From NCBI RefSeq assembly GCF_009914755.1, contig NC_060936.1: a DNA stretch of 64,000 nt; one strand, written 5' to 3'. Made by a program: the position numbers and the translations under genes. This document shows positions 1-12,031 of this stretch, one piece after another. Position 1 is the stretch's first letter. Each line of letters starts with the position of its first letter. The notes beneath the pieces are model-generated. The model was not told the DNA's origin. It ran no database searches and was given only the letters and a program-made list of their open reading frames with translations. This DNA is from the human T2T-CHM13v2.0 reference genome, Homo sapiens.

Positions 1-24
1 ACCTTAGCCTCCCAGGTAGCTGGG
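1..24 (-). mobile_element. Alu fragment cut by the window start
   Basis: accttagcctcccaggtagctggg resembles the antisense Alu right arm (cctcagcctcccgagtagctggg). Confidence 0.5.
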
Positions 25-1067
25 TTGAAATCCATTTCAAAGTAAAATATATGGTTTTGTCATTTCTAATTCCTAGTTCAACATCAGAATAAAAAATTAT
101 TTCTTCAAATTATTTTGGTTTATAGCACTCTCTTTCAGTAAATGTCATTCTGATATATCATTCATAAAGTAAATCATTACAGAGATTGTTTAGTCAAATG
201 ACCCCATTCCAGTTTGCTGACTGGAATGAAAGAGAAAATCAGGAATTAACAAGACAATTAAAATTTATTTACAAGGCACAAGGAACTTTTGTGTCTTGCT
301 TATAATCATACAGCCGATTAATGGAAGAACCAATTTATCTCCTGATTTAGGAATTTTCTAGGCATCTGAAGAGGAACTCAGGATGATTGCAGGTTAATGA
401 GACAAAAGACAAGCTTCAGAACAGTACAAATATTCCAAATCTAAGTGGCATTATGTAATCACCAATATCTGAACACTGTTGTAACTTTAAAACCTTATGT
501 TTGTCAAGGCCAAATTGGCATGAGATTTTCCTTGTTTTTTTTTTTTTTTGGAAAAAAGAAAGATTAGTTAAAATGATACATAATCAAACACAATCATTTT
601 ATGCAAATCAACATAGACAACTACTTCAATTACATTTCAGAAAATGTACATGTCTGCTGAAAAACTTTGCAAAAACTTTTGCTGCTGAAAACCTACATGT
701 ACTCAAATCAATATTTCAAATTTGCTATAAATCTTTCAGTTGTGCACAAACCATTATAAATTAAAGTGAATGGGCTTGAATTTCATCTTGTACAACAGTC
801 TGTGAGGCTGTTTTTAAAGCCATTGTAATAAAAACCTTAAATCCTTATAGACCTAATTTTTATATGCACAAAAGTTGTTCTCTCTGAACAAATAAATGAT
901 GGTGATGGACAGCAGATCTCATTAAAGAGGAAATCAAATGCAATAATTATGTAGGCATGTAAAAGACTCTCTTGGCCACCACAAACCTACCCGAAGAAGA
1001 GTTTGCTGACTGGAATGAAAGGGAAAACCAGGAATAACAAGTCAATTAAAATTTATTTATGCTCCAG

Positions 1068-1534
1068 TGTAGCAGATTGTATTTTCTAAAAATGGCACAG
1101 CAGTATTTCTGGTCCCATATGCTCCTTCTTGAATTTGAGTGGAGCTTTGTGCCTAAATGAATGGAAAGTGGCAGAACAGATTCTGCATCATTTTTAAGGC
1201 TGGGTCATAAAGGAGATAGGGCAGTTTGCCTGATCCCTTTCTCAGGATGCTTGCCATTTGAACTCAGCCATAACTGAGGAAGCGCGAGCCCCTGGAAGAG
1301 GCCACCTAGAGGTAATCGCGCTGACAGCTCCAGCCCAGCCCGACCTGTGAGTCAAGGAGCCCTGGAATGTTTCTAGTTCCCATCTTAGAACTGCCCTAGC
1401 TGACACCAAATGGGGCAGAGATGAGCTATCTCCACTGAGTCCAGCCTAAATTGCAAATTCAGGAGCAAAACAAATGTTGTCATCATAAGCCACTACTTTC
1501 ATGGTTTGCCACTTGTTTATTGATAACCAGAACA
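1068..1534 (+). mobile_element. MaLR solo LTR, MLT1G/H-like
   Basis: TG...CA termini (tgtagcagattgtattttctaaaaatggc ... gataaccagaaca) and a perfect 5-bp TSD tccag (1063-1067, 1535-1539). Confidence 0.75.
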
Positions 1535-2094
1535 TCCAGGTTTTGAAAGGTACAGTCAGGAAGGAAAAATTAATTTTTATTTAATTCTTTATTGGCTTTC
1601 AACTGTCTCCACATTTTTAAATTTTCATTGAAGGGCAGGATAAGTAAAGACCAATGTAAACCTTCAGTGTGCTGGATTCAACAGAGAAAGCCCTCAAATG
1701 AAAGCCTGACACCTCAACATTCACATGTGGGACACAGACACAACATTACCATCCAAAAACATCAGATATTAGTATAATAGAGTCCCTAGGCTGAGCCTAA
1801 GTAAAACCCTAATCAAAGGAGACCCTACCTTCAACAGCCTCATTCTTTGCTTCCTGCTCCTTTCAGCCTCACTGTTCCCAAGGCACCTGGTTCTTCCTGG
1901 CAGCAAAACAGCTGGAAATTTGAGTCACACTAAGGCAGCGTGGAATATTTAAGCAGTCTTCTCAGATGACTTATGGGGGAAGAGGAGAAGCACAAGGAGA
2001 AGCAAAGCTGTATATAAAGAAAATTGATTATTAATGTTATTGGTTTAGGTGCCAGTCTGGGAGAGTGTTTGAGCTGGAGAGTTTGCTTGCCACC

Positions 2095-2463
2095 TGATAT
2101 AGACTGAATAATTTTATACCCTTTAATTTCATAAGTTGAAATTCTAACCCCCAATGGGAAGGTATTAGGAAGTGGGGCCTTTGAGACATAGTAAGGTTTA
2201 GATGAGGCCATGAGGGTGGGACCCTCATGAATGGAATTAGTTTCCTTATAAAAGGGATCTCACAGAGCTCTCTCTCATTCTGTCTGCTGCGGAGGATACA
2301 ACGAGAAGTCAGCAGCCTGCAGTCTGGAAAAGAGCCCTCATCAGAACCTGACCATGCTGGCACCCTGATCTTAGATTTCCAGCCTGTGAGAAATAAATTT
2401 CTGTTGTTTATAAGCCATCCAGTCTATGGTACTTAGTTACAGCAGTCCAAATGGACTAAGACA
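2095..2463 (+). mobile_element. MaLR solo LTR, MLT1A/MSTD-like
   Basis: Diagnostic motifs gtggggcctttg, gaggccatgagggtgggaccctcatga, tgagaaataaatttctgttgtttataagcc and end gactaagaca; TSD ccacc/gcacc. Confidence 0.85.
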
Positions 2464-4035
2464 GCACCTCTCAATTATATCCATAAGTAGGAGCATACTA
2501 GGCAGAAGTCAGAATGTACAAAGACAGGAAGACATAAAATGCCACAGTGCATTTAGGGGCTATTCTGTATTTTTTCAGTGTAATGTGGCAAGAGAGGAAT
2601 GGCAGAAAATTGAACTAGACATGTGGGCAGAAGAGAGAAAGTAAGGGTCTTGCGTTCCCTGCTGTGGAGTTAACCTTTCTGCAGTGGCCATTCAGAATCT
2701 GCCCAAGAGTCCCATTGCATAGGAAGAAAGTGCACAGATCAAGAGGCAGCAGGTCCAGAAGCAAGTCGTGGGTCTGTACTTTTTCTCTTCCTGTCTTTAG
2801 ATGCCTACGGAGGCTCAGGGCTCAGTGGGGCTGAGTGATTGCAGAGACTCTTCAGCCCTGAAAGTCCGTGATCTGTTATGTTACGCCATCATGTGTGGCC
2901 ATGATGAGACAAGGAGGGTGGAGATTTCAGTGTGAGCTGTGAGCTGTGGAGGCCACCAGTCTCCACTTTTTCTAGGGCACTGGCATGAAGATGCAGGGAG
3001 TGAATCTGTGTTTTTCTTTACTTTTAAAGCATTCAATTAAAGACCGTGACAAAATACCCAAATTCCATGAGGATAATTTTGGAAAATAATAATAGTCATG
3101 AATTCTTCTTTAACATCACATTCTACTTTTCACCACATTATTTTTCTTCCCTCCTCCCCAATTAGCCAAGTTGTTTTTAAAATATTTAAGATGATATTTC
3201 TTTAAGTTGCACATGCAACTGCCAAGTAAAGAATTGGAAAATTAGGCAAAAATATGTCACTGAGATATGTCTGCATATTCAAGGATAAGGAACACTGGGA
3301 GGAGAGCCCACTCTTGCTACTGGGATCAAACTTTGATCAAAAATTGGTTAAACATTTTTATATCTTATTTTGACAAAACCGTCTAAAAAATTACAGCTTA
3401 TTTCAGCCAAATAAGTTCAGATGAAACTCAAACACACTGTGAGGGACCAGAAAGAAGGCATTTGTGGCATTTTCCAAAATAAACATAGTGCATTCATATC
3501 AGATAAAAGAGACCAATGGAAATGTACATATTCCTAATTACACTAAGAAGGGAAGAGATATGAGAATTAAAACAGCTAATGATACAGCCAACTTTGACAC
3601 AGTATTTGTCTGCCCTTGATTAACCATGTGACTTTTAAATTTTTTAATACTTTATTACCTACATATTAACAAAGTTGATCATTGCTGACCTATTGTACCT
3701 CAAGTAAGCCTGTGAAAATAAATGGTGTGATATTCATAGATGCCCTGTAGTAGGTATTAGCGAGCTTGAATTTCATTTTCTAGCTCTGGCAAGTCTTTCT
3801 GAGCTGTAAGGAGGTAAATATTTTTTCTCAACACTCCTGTCAGGGTTTCCTAGGTGACTGAGGATAAGCCCAGAGAGTCGCTCAGACACCAGCAGCACAG
3901 CCACACATCTGGCCAGGCAACTCAGGGAAGAGCAGCAGGTTTTCTCAGGCTGTAAATCACTGCAGAGGAAGCCCAGCTTGGGGCTGAAGAGTCACCTGAA
4001 AGCACAGCTTGCAGAGCACAGGGCACATTGGGGAA

Positions 4036-4475
4036 ACACACACAGAGACACAGACACAAGCAGACAGACACACAGACACATACACAGAGATATAAAATGT
4101 GTCTGCATATGTACACAAAGGTACACACACACACATACACATACATATGCACAATCCTCCTACACATACACAGACAATACAGACATGGACAATCAGACAG
4201 ACACACACAGATGCGTACACACCCCACACATCTCCATTCATGTAAATGATGAAGGCAGACACAGATCCATGCACATGCCCACACATGTGCACAAAGATAG
4301 GCAAACAAACAGATGCACAGACTTATACTACCCCACACGTATATAGACAAGACAGACATGGACAGACACACGTACATATACATCCACACATGTACACAAA
4401 GACATATATGCACACAAACGTGCAAACCTGCACAGAGACAGAAACAGACACACAAAAATCCACATAGACACCCAG
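4036..4475. repeat. Degenerate CA/ACAG/CATA-rich low-complexity tract
   Basis: About 440 bp of interrupted (CA)n-type sequence; it explains the overlapping His/Thr- and Cys/Val-rich ORFs. Confidence 0.9.
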
Positions 4476-7329
4476 ACCTACTCACTCTTCCCAGCCACAA
4501 GTCATGGCCTGCAGTGTGGGGTGCACGTACAAGAGAAGCAGCAGCCACCCTACCCCATACAACATGAACTTCATCCACTGCAGGCTGCTGCCTTCCCACA
4601 AAGGCAGAAAATAGGCCTCATAATATTAATTAATATTATTATTTCTAATACAACATGTTCTAACTCTAAACGGGATCCGGATGTATTTGGGGTGTGGGGT
4701 TATTTCTCACAGTTGTGCGCATAGCACAGTTATATTTCAGTCTTAAGAATTTATTTGGCAGCTCTAGGCTCTAGCTGTCTGCATCCAATTTATCCATCTT
4801 CCCGTGAGCTGATGACAGTAAAGCTTCTCCCTTCAGGCCCTGGATTAAGACACTTGCCAAGCTGACAACCAGTACGGCGAGTCTCTGCTTACTTAGACTC
4901 CCCACTGGATTTACTTCAAAGCCCACATATTCTGAAAATTCGTAATCTGTCCCACCAACATGTATTAGACACAGCGGTTCAGAAAAGGTTTGCCCAACAG
5001 GTGTGAGGCAAAACCTCAACACACAGACAAGCCTGCAATTAGGGGGTCACAGCATGCCTCTCTTGGGTCTCCTCTCCTTTCTGCCTCTCTTCTCGCAGCA
5101 ACGAAGATACTGCTTCTTTCCTCCTTGCCATCGATTACAATCCATAGAGTGAAACTCGGAGGATACAGATCTAAACAGCATATTTGAGTTTTTATGTTGT
5201 AGCAAGACAGTGGTGACTTTGAGCAAACAGGTCATGGAAGCTTTAGATCTTCCACTCGTCCTTTGAGACTCACCTTCCCTTATCCAGGAAAGCTTCCTTG
5301 ACTACACTACTCCACACACACCTCCCTCTCCACCACCCACCTCTTCAAGGTATTTCCAGTACCCAGTACAAAATTCTATTGTTGGTCTTAACTCACTGCT
5401 TTCTATCGTTTATGTTGCTGTGTTTTCTGTTACTATGTAAGTTTCTTTGGGGCATGCACCATCTATTCAAATTTCTCATCTCAGGAGCAGGCACATACCT
5501 AATAGGTCCTCAATAACGATCGTCCTACCACATCAATAACAATGTGATATGCTAGGAAAAATCAGTGGCTCAGGTTGTACGTTTATCACCAGGATTTTCA
5601 GGCACTAGTGTGGCTCTCTGGAACTTCTCACTAAGGTTCTCTTCCATCTCTGTAATCCACTAACACACAGTAGATGTGACATGAGTTGAGGTGGCATCTT
5701 CTCAGGCTGAGTGCACAAGAGTGTCTCATAATAGTTTAACAGAATTGACACTTGCAGAAAATATTTTTCATCAGCGTAATGCATGTGCTGTTTGAAATTT
5801 TTTAATTGTATTCATAGTTCTTTGTTACTCCTTATTCCCTAATGACTATAATAACTTTTTTGCTTAGAGGAATCAACATGTCTAAGAGATATTTCTTGTT
5901 TTCATTAATCAAAACAAGCTTTTAAATAGAAAATGATAAGTATTTTTGATCAACTGAAACTCACCATACATCATCAGATTGTACAATTCTTTCTTGACAT
6001 TCTTGAGAAATATGTTCATAAATCCAGTAACATGAGATTGAGCCATCAAATAGGATATTTGCTAGTTAAGTGACTCCTATTCATGAATCTTGCAGCCTGG
6101 CAATCTAAATTTATGCCAGGTACTTAAATTCTTATTTGATCCTCGCAGCAAAGTGATAGAAGTAAGTATTATTATCTACATTCAAAATTGCTATATGTCT
6201 TAGTTCTTTGGGTCCTATTAATTGAGTCAAGCAGAGGGCCAGGTTTATTTAAAAGATCACAAAACTTTTAATTCACTAACCTTATACTTGTTAATACCAC
6301 CAATGAATTAGCCTTTACAATTTTGCAGATTTTATAATTTACAAATTTTACAATTTAGCTTTTCCAAAGGCCAAATTTCTTCTGCAAGAGGCACTACCAC
6401 ATGCAATAATGATCAGAAAGCTGAAGATAGATGAAAATTCAGAGTGTTCAAACAGTGATACTTTACATTGCTGTTCTTGGGGCCAGAAGCAGATCTCTAT
6501 GTATCACCCTTTTGGTTTGGTCTTATTTTGTTTTAAATCAGTAGGATTAAAATTCTCAAAAACTAGGTCATGAGTTTAAACTCCTTACCTCTTGAAAATT
6601 ACAATCAGTACATTTTATTATGCATAAATTATACCTCAATTAAAGATAGAACTGTTGATCTTCCAAGAGCAAAACATGACTTTTCTGGGTAAAGTAGGGT
6701 GGGATAGTGCAGCTATAAATTTTTTTTTACTACAAACATAAATAAACAAGTAATAGCTCTTTATAGAAATGTGAAATATATTCTGTTTATATGTTTTCGA
6801 ACGTTCAAAGGGAAGCAAGATGCAGCCTTTTTCACTTCTCTAGAAAAGGCAAGATGGGAAAAGGACAGAGTGCAGCACTGAAACTCCACTCACAGGTTGA
6901 GTTAAGCAATTGCTAAGGAGAAGCAGGAGGACTTTAGTGAATTATAAACATGAATAAATCTTTTTCCAATTGGAAAGAAACCATTTCAGGGCTTTGTGGA
7001 CATCAGGGGAGTATCTGATAACATGAAGTTACTTTATCGTCATTACATGTGGTTACAGTCAGAAATGGGGAAGCAAGCAGAGAACTCTGTGCATGTGCAA
7101 ACGCACACACATGTGTGTTTTAAGAAGACAGAAAAAGGAGATGAAAGGAGGAGGTTGGCCTCAATGTCCTATCAGATCTCTTCCAAATTATAAATTCTAT
7201 AAGTGCTATGAGGGTTAGACTCAGACAAGTCAAAGGGAAGAAACCAAACCCAACAATAAACAAACAAATAAAAACAAAACATCTAATAAGCTGCAACTGG
7301 TAGACAGTAAGAGAAAAACTATCATCTCA

Positions 7330-7520
7330 CAATATAATTCTTATATGCCTTATACCTTCATGGTAAACTTACCGGGTAAGTAAAATTATTCCTACTTTAA
7401 ACATATAGAAACTGCAGCTTAAGGAGATTAAATAATTTAGCCAAGTTTATCCAAACAGTGAGAGACAGTGCTGGTTTCCATTTGATGTTTGCGTGACTCC
7501 AAAGCCTGTCTTCTTCTCAC
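7330..7520 (-). mobile_element. MIR SINE remnant
   Basis: MIR core-like attattcctactttaaacatatagaaactgcagcttaaggagattaaataatttagccaag ... tgactccaaagcc. Confidence 0.6.
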
Positions 7521-7801
7521 AGCTTTCTGACTTTAGCCCCCAGAGCCATTCTCAAATATGGAAAGTAATTTCAGTCTGTCTACTGCTTGTCTGTTATGTA
7601 GCCAACATGCACTCTGCCAGCAGATGAGACACTGCAATGCAGGGGCTGCGAGGCAGACTGGATCATGGTGTTTTAGGAATGTCTCTATACTGTGTGTCTC
7701 TAACATGGAACATTATGGCTTTACTTTCCCAGCTGAATGCAGACATAGCAATGCTATAACCTAGCGAGATGCAACTATACTACATGTCAAGAATATGAGA
7801 T

Positions 7802-9036
7802 CGTGGATATTAGTCATTTGTTGGATGCACAGTTTGCAAATATTTTCTCCTGTAGTTTGTTTACTCTGTTGTTAGTTTCTTTTGCTGTGCAGAAGCTCTT
7901 TAGTTTAATTAGGTTCATGCTCAACATCACTAATCATTAGAAAAATGCAATTTGAAACCATAATGAGATACCATCTCACACCAGTCAGAATGGCTATTAC
8001 TAAAAAGTCAACAAAATAACAGATGTTGGCAAGGATGTGGAGAAAGGGAATGTAAATCAGTTTATCTCCTGTGGCAAGCAGCTGGAGATTCCTCAAAGAA
8101 CTAAAAATAGAACTATCATTCAACCCAGCAATCCCATTACTGAGTATCTACCCAAGGGAAAATAAATTGTTCTACCAAAAAGACACCTGCATTTGTATGT
8201 TTATCACAGCACTATTCACAATAGCAAAATCATGGAATCAACCTAGGTGCCTATCAGCAATGGATTGTATAAAGACAATGTGGTACATATACACCATGGG
8301 ATACTACACAGCCATAAAAAATAATAAAGTCAAGTCCTTTGGAGCAGCATGGATGTAGCTGGAGGCCATTCTCCTAAGTGAATTGACGCAGAAACAGAAA
8401 ACCAAACACTGCACATTCTCACTCACACATGGAAGATAAACAATGGGTATACATGGACATAAGCAATATGACAGTAGGGATTCCAGAGAAGGCAAGTGTT
8501 GAAAAACTACCGATTGGGTACTGTATTAGTCTGTTCTCATATTGCTATAAAGAAATGCCTGATACTGGGTAATTTATAAAGAAAAGAGGTTTAATTGGTT
8601 CATGGTTCTGCAGGCCGTATAGGAAGCATGGCTGGGAGGCCTCAGGAAACTTACAGTGATGGTGGAAGGTGAAGGGGAAGCAGGCAAGTTTTATATGGCC
8701 AGAGCAGGAGGAAGAGAGAAGACGGGGGAGGTACCACAGACTTTTAAATAACCAGATCTTGTGAGAATTCTATCATGAGAACAGCACCAAACAGAGAAAT
8801 CCACCCCTATGAACCAATTACCTACCACCAGGCCCCACCACCAACTTTGGTGATTACAATTTGAAATGAGATTTGGGCAGGGACACAAATCCAAACCATA
8901 TCAAGAACTATGCTCATTATTTGGGTGATGGGCACAATAGGTGTCCAGATCTTAGCACTCAGAATTATGTAATGTATCTATGTTACAAACCTGCACATGC
9001 ACCCCTTGAATCTAAAAACAAAACAAAACAAAACAA
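7802..9036 (+). mobile_element. 5'-truncated, 5'-inverted older L1 (L1PB/L1MA-like), interrupted by an MST LTR
   Basis: 7802-7915 is antisense L1 ORF2; from about 7916 it is sense ORF2 C-terminus (WRFLKELKIEL..PAIPLLSIYP), 3'UTR and an (AAAAC)n tail; TSD aagaatatgag at 7789 and 9037. Confidence 0.85.
8522..8903 (-). mobile_element. MSTA-like MaLR solo LTR inserted in the L1 3'UTR
   Basis: tgtattagtctgttctcatattgctataaagaaatgcctg ... ccaaaccatatca; the L1 sequence gggtac|tatgctca resumes after it. Confidence 0.9.
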
Positions 9037-9629
9037 AAGAATATGAGGTGTTTACCAATTAGCCTGTCCCATTAATTTACAGGATTATGTTAGCACTCAG
9101 CATCTGGAATAACAGGCACAGGCATGTGTCTGCAGCCTTAATATTTTACCTTAGGAATAAAAACAATTATATAAGAATATTCTTCTCTTTTTATTTATCT
9201 TAACATACATAATGCAAATATTCTGTTGAAATTGCTCTTCTCAATAAGAAAAGCTAGAGAAGGCTGGAGAACATGTACATTCCAGTAACCACAGAGGCTC
9301 TAGGAACAAACAGCATGGTTGGAAATCAGCCAGGCGGGATAAAGGTCTTCCTAAACATTGAATCCATACAAACTCCATTACTTGTCATCACAACTACAAT
9401 GTTTCCCTTTAGTACACAATTCTTCACTCCATAAAGTTTTTTTGTTAATTTCTCAGTAATACCTTATGATAATCTTCTCATGATCTCTCAATCTTGTAAC
9501 ATATTTGTTACAGGGTATTATACTTTTCACTAGAATCACATAACGTTTGCTTTAGGATTCTGACTTTGCTCAAATTAAGTAAGCAAGCCTTGGGCCAATT
9601 ATTCTACTACTAATAAATAGAAAGTGCAT

Positions 9630-10015
9630 CCATTTATTTGCTCACTGAACAAATATTTTCCAAAATCTAGTCTATGCAAATCCCTCTCCTGGCACCAGGG
9701 ATACATTGGTGAACAAAACAAAGTCCATGGACTTTACATGATACAGGGGAGCTAGACAACAAATAAATTCACACATGCACAATAAAATGTCAGATAGCTG
9801 TAAGTGTCATGACAGAATAGCAATCCAGAAAAAGCTATGTGGGATGACAGAAAGTGCTATTTTAGGCAGTAGTTAGAGAAAGCTTCTCTGAAAAGATCAT
9901 TCAAGTATAGATCTAGATTAAAATATAGGAATAACCAAACAATTATAAGGGGAAGAGGGAAGAGCATTTCAGACAGAAGAAACAACAACTGCAAAGATCT
10001 GAGGTCTGTTGCTAG
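9630..10015 (-). mobile_element. L2 LINE 3' remnant
   Basis: cattt..ctgaacaaatatt..ggcaccagggatacattggtgaacaaaacaaagtcc and gaagagcatttcagacagaagaaacaacaactgcaaagatctgagg resemble antisense L2. Confidence 0.7.
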
Positions 10016-10196
10016 ATGGCATTTTGGCTGACTCTCTGCTATGATTATAGAAAATAAAATCATCTATCAGACCTCTAATCCAAAGTCAATATGAAGCTTC
10101 ATTTTCCCACAGTAGATAATGTACATATACAGAGGCAAATATGAACACATACAATTATTATAGTGTTGCAGTTTGAGGGACTCCAGCACAAGGTAG

Positions 10197-10563
10197 TGTA
10201 TTCATCAAAACTCTCCAGAGAAACAGAGCCAACAGGATGTGTACATATATAGAAAGGGATTTATTATAAGGAATTGGCTCATGGGATTACGGAGGTTGAC
10301 AAGTCCAAATCTGCAGTGTGGGCTGGCAGGCTGGAGACTCAGGGAAGCCTATAGCGTACATGAGGTCCAAAGGCAGTCAGCTGGAGAATTCCTCCTTGCT
10401 CAAGGAGACTAATTTTTGTTCTCTTTAGGTTTTCAACTGTTTGAATGAGAACACACACACACACACTATGATGGAGAATCTACTTTACTCAGTGTTCACT
10501 GATTTAACTGTTACTCTTATCCAAGAACATCCTACGAGTTGACACACAAAATTAATCATCACA
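10197..10563 (-). mobile_element. MLT2 (ERVL) solo LTR
   Basis: ctctccagagaaacagagccaacagga, gatttattataaggaattggctca and end gttgacacacaaaattaatcatcaca; TSD ggtag/ggcag. Confidence 0.85.
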
Positions 10564-12031
10564 GGCAGTATGGCTTCTGGGGCAACAGGAGGGGAATGTG
10601 TGCTGAGACCAGGCAGTAAATGCCGGGTATTCATTCACTCAGGCAGGTGGAATTGGGAAGTCTAAATGGTGGTATTGGTCTAAGAGAGATATGTTCACAT
10701 GTGGCAGGAGCAAAGACAGCTGGGTACACTAAGCATCGAGCAGGAGATGGGATGAAATACCAGGACCCCTGTCACATCCACATGCCAGGCCTGTGCTCAG
10801 AGCCAATCCAGAGCTCAGTGGGAGGAGGAAGGTGCACTACAATTGAGGAGCCGCTTAGAGACCCAGGCCTTACATCTTGTTCAACACACCTCAGTCTGGT
10901 TGGCAGCAAAGGAGATGATGATGGTCAGGCAAGTCCTAAACCATGAAATCGTAGGTTCAGAATGCTTAAATTTGCAAGTGGAGCCATTGGTGAAGTTAGA
11001 TTTGATTAAATGGAGAAAACAGGGGTAGAGAAAATGAAGAGAGCTAATGTACATCTGTGCAAATTAGACGCATTCATTAATAGTTTTGTTCCTATGAAAA
11101 TGTATATGCCTGGCACAAGTAGCCTTCTGTCATTACTTAGTACTGCTCAGGAAAATATTTGTCCACCAAAATCTTCTGGGTCACTCTCACTTGAGTCATT
11201 CATTTGTCACTAAATTTCGACACATAGAAAATGTCTTTATTCTACCAGCTAAAATCAACAAACGACAGAGACTAAAATTCTAGTTTTATTCACTTGGTGA
11301 AGATACTAGTAATTTGGAGCAATGTTTCCTTAAGGCAGATAAGAATTCAGCAAGCTTTATTCAACAAACTTGCAGAGAAATTTCTGGTTTACTTCCAGGA
11401 CACATTGTATGAAAGAAACAATAAATCTGCTAAGCATCTATCTTAGCTGCTCAGAAAAATGTGGGAGATTTATTTGTATAACTGAGCTTTGCAGGGAACT
11501 ACTATTAATAGTGTAGTTGATTCCTATTATGAATCAAAGTATTATCCAAAAGTAAAGTATCTCGTAAATCAAAATATAGTGTATCTCTTTGGACAAGATC
11601 TACTTTCCTACTTCTAAGTACATGGTGATAAAGTATGATGGATTGCTTAGGTGCTTAAGAAGTAGTTAAAAAGCTATTTTCAAAATAAACTCACTTGAAT
11701 GAATAGTCTCTCCACTTTTAATTGTGCCCTCAAATACCTGCATTCTAATGCTTAGACAGGAAATGTTAACAGACTAATAAAATAAAGAAAAGATCCTGTG
11801 TTTTAAAATGTCTCAAATACAATCATGTGCCACATAATGGGACTTTAGTAAGTGACAGACCACATGTATGATGGTGCTCCCTCAAGATTATAATACTGTA
11901 TTTTTACTGTATCTTTCTCATGTTTATACATGTTTAAATAAGCAAATACCATTGTGTTAAAATGGCCTACAGGATTCAGTGCAGTAACATGCAGTGCAGG
12001 TGTGTAGCCTAGGAGCAATAGGCTCTACTAT

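Noticed and set aside
646-702. Short direct repeats (ctgctgaaaa x2) bounded by gtacatgt/acatgtac
   Set aside because: Too short and AT-rich to separate from chance or simple slippage.
3922-4599. 225-aa Cys/Val-rich ORF and overlapping His/Thr-rich ORFs
   Set aside because: They are translations of the CA/TG low-complexity tract, which is depleted of stops in several frames; no domain is recognisable.
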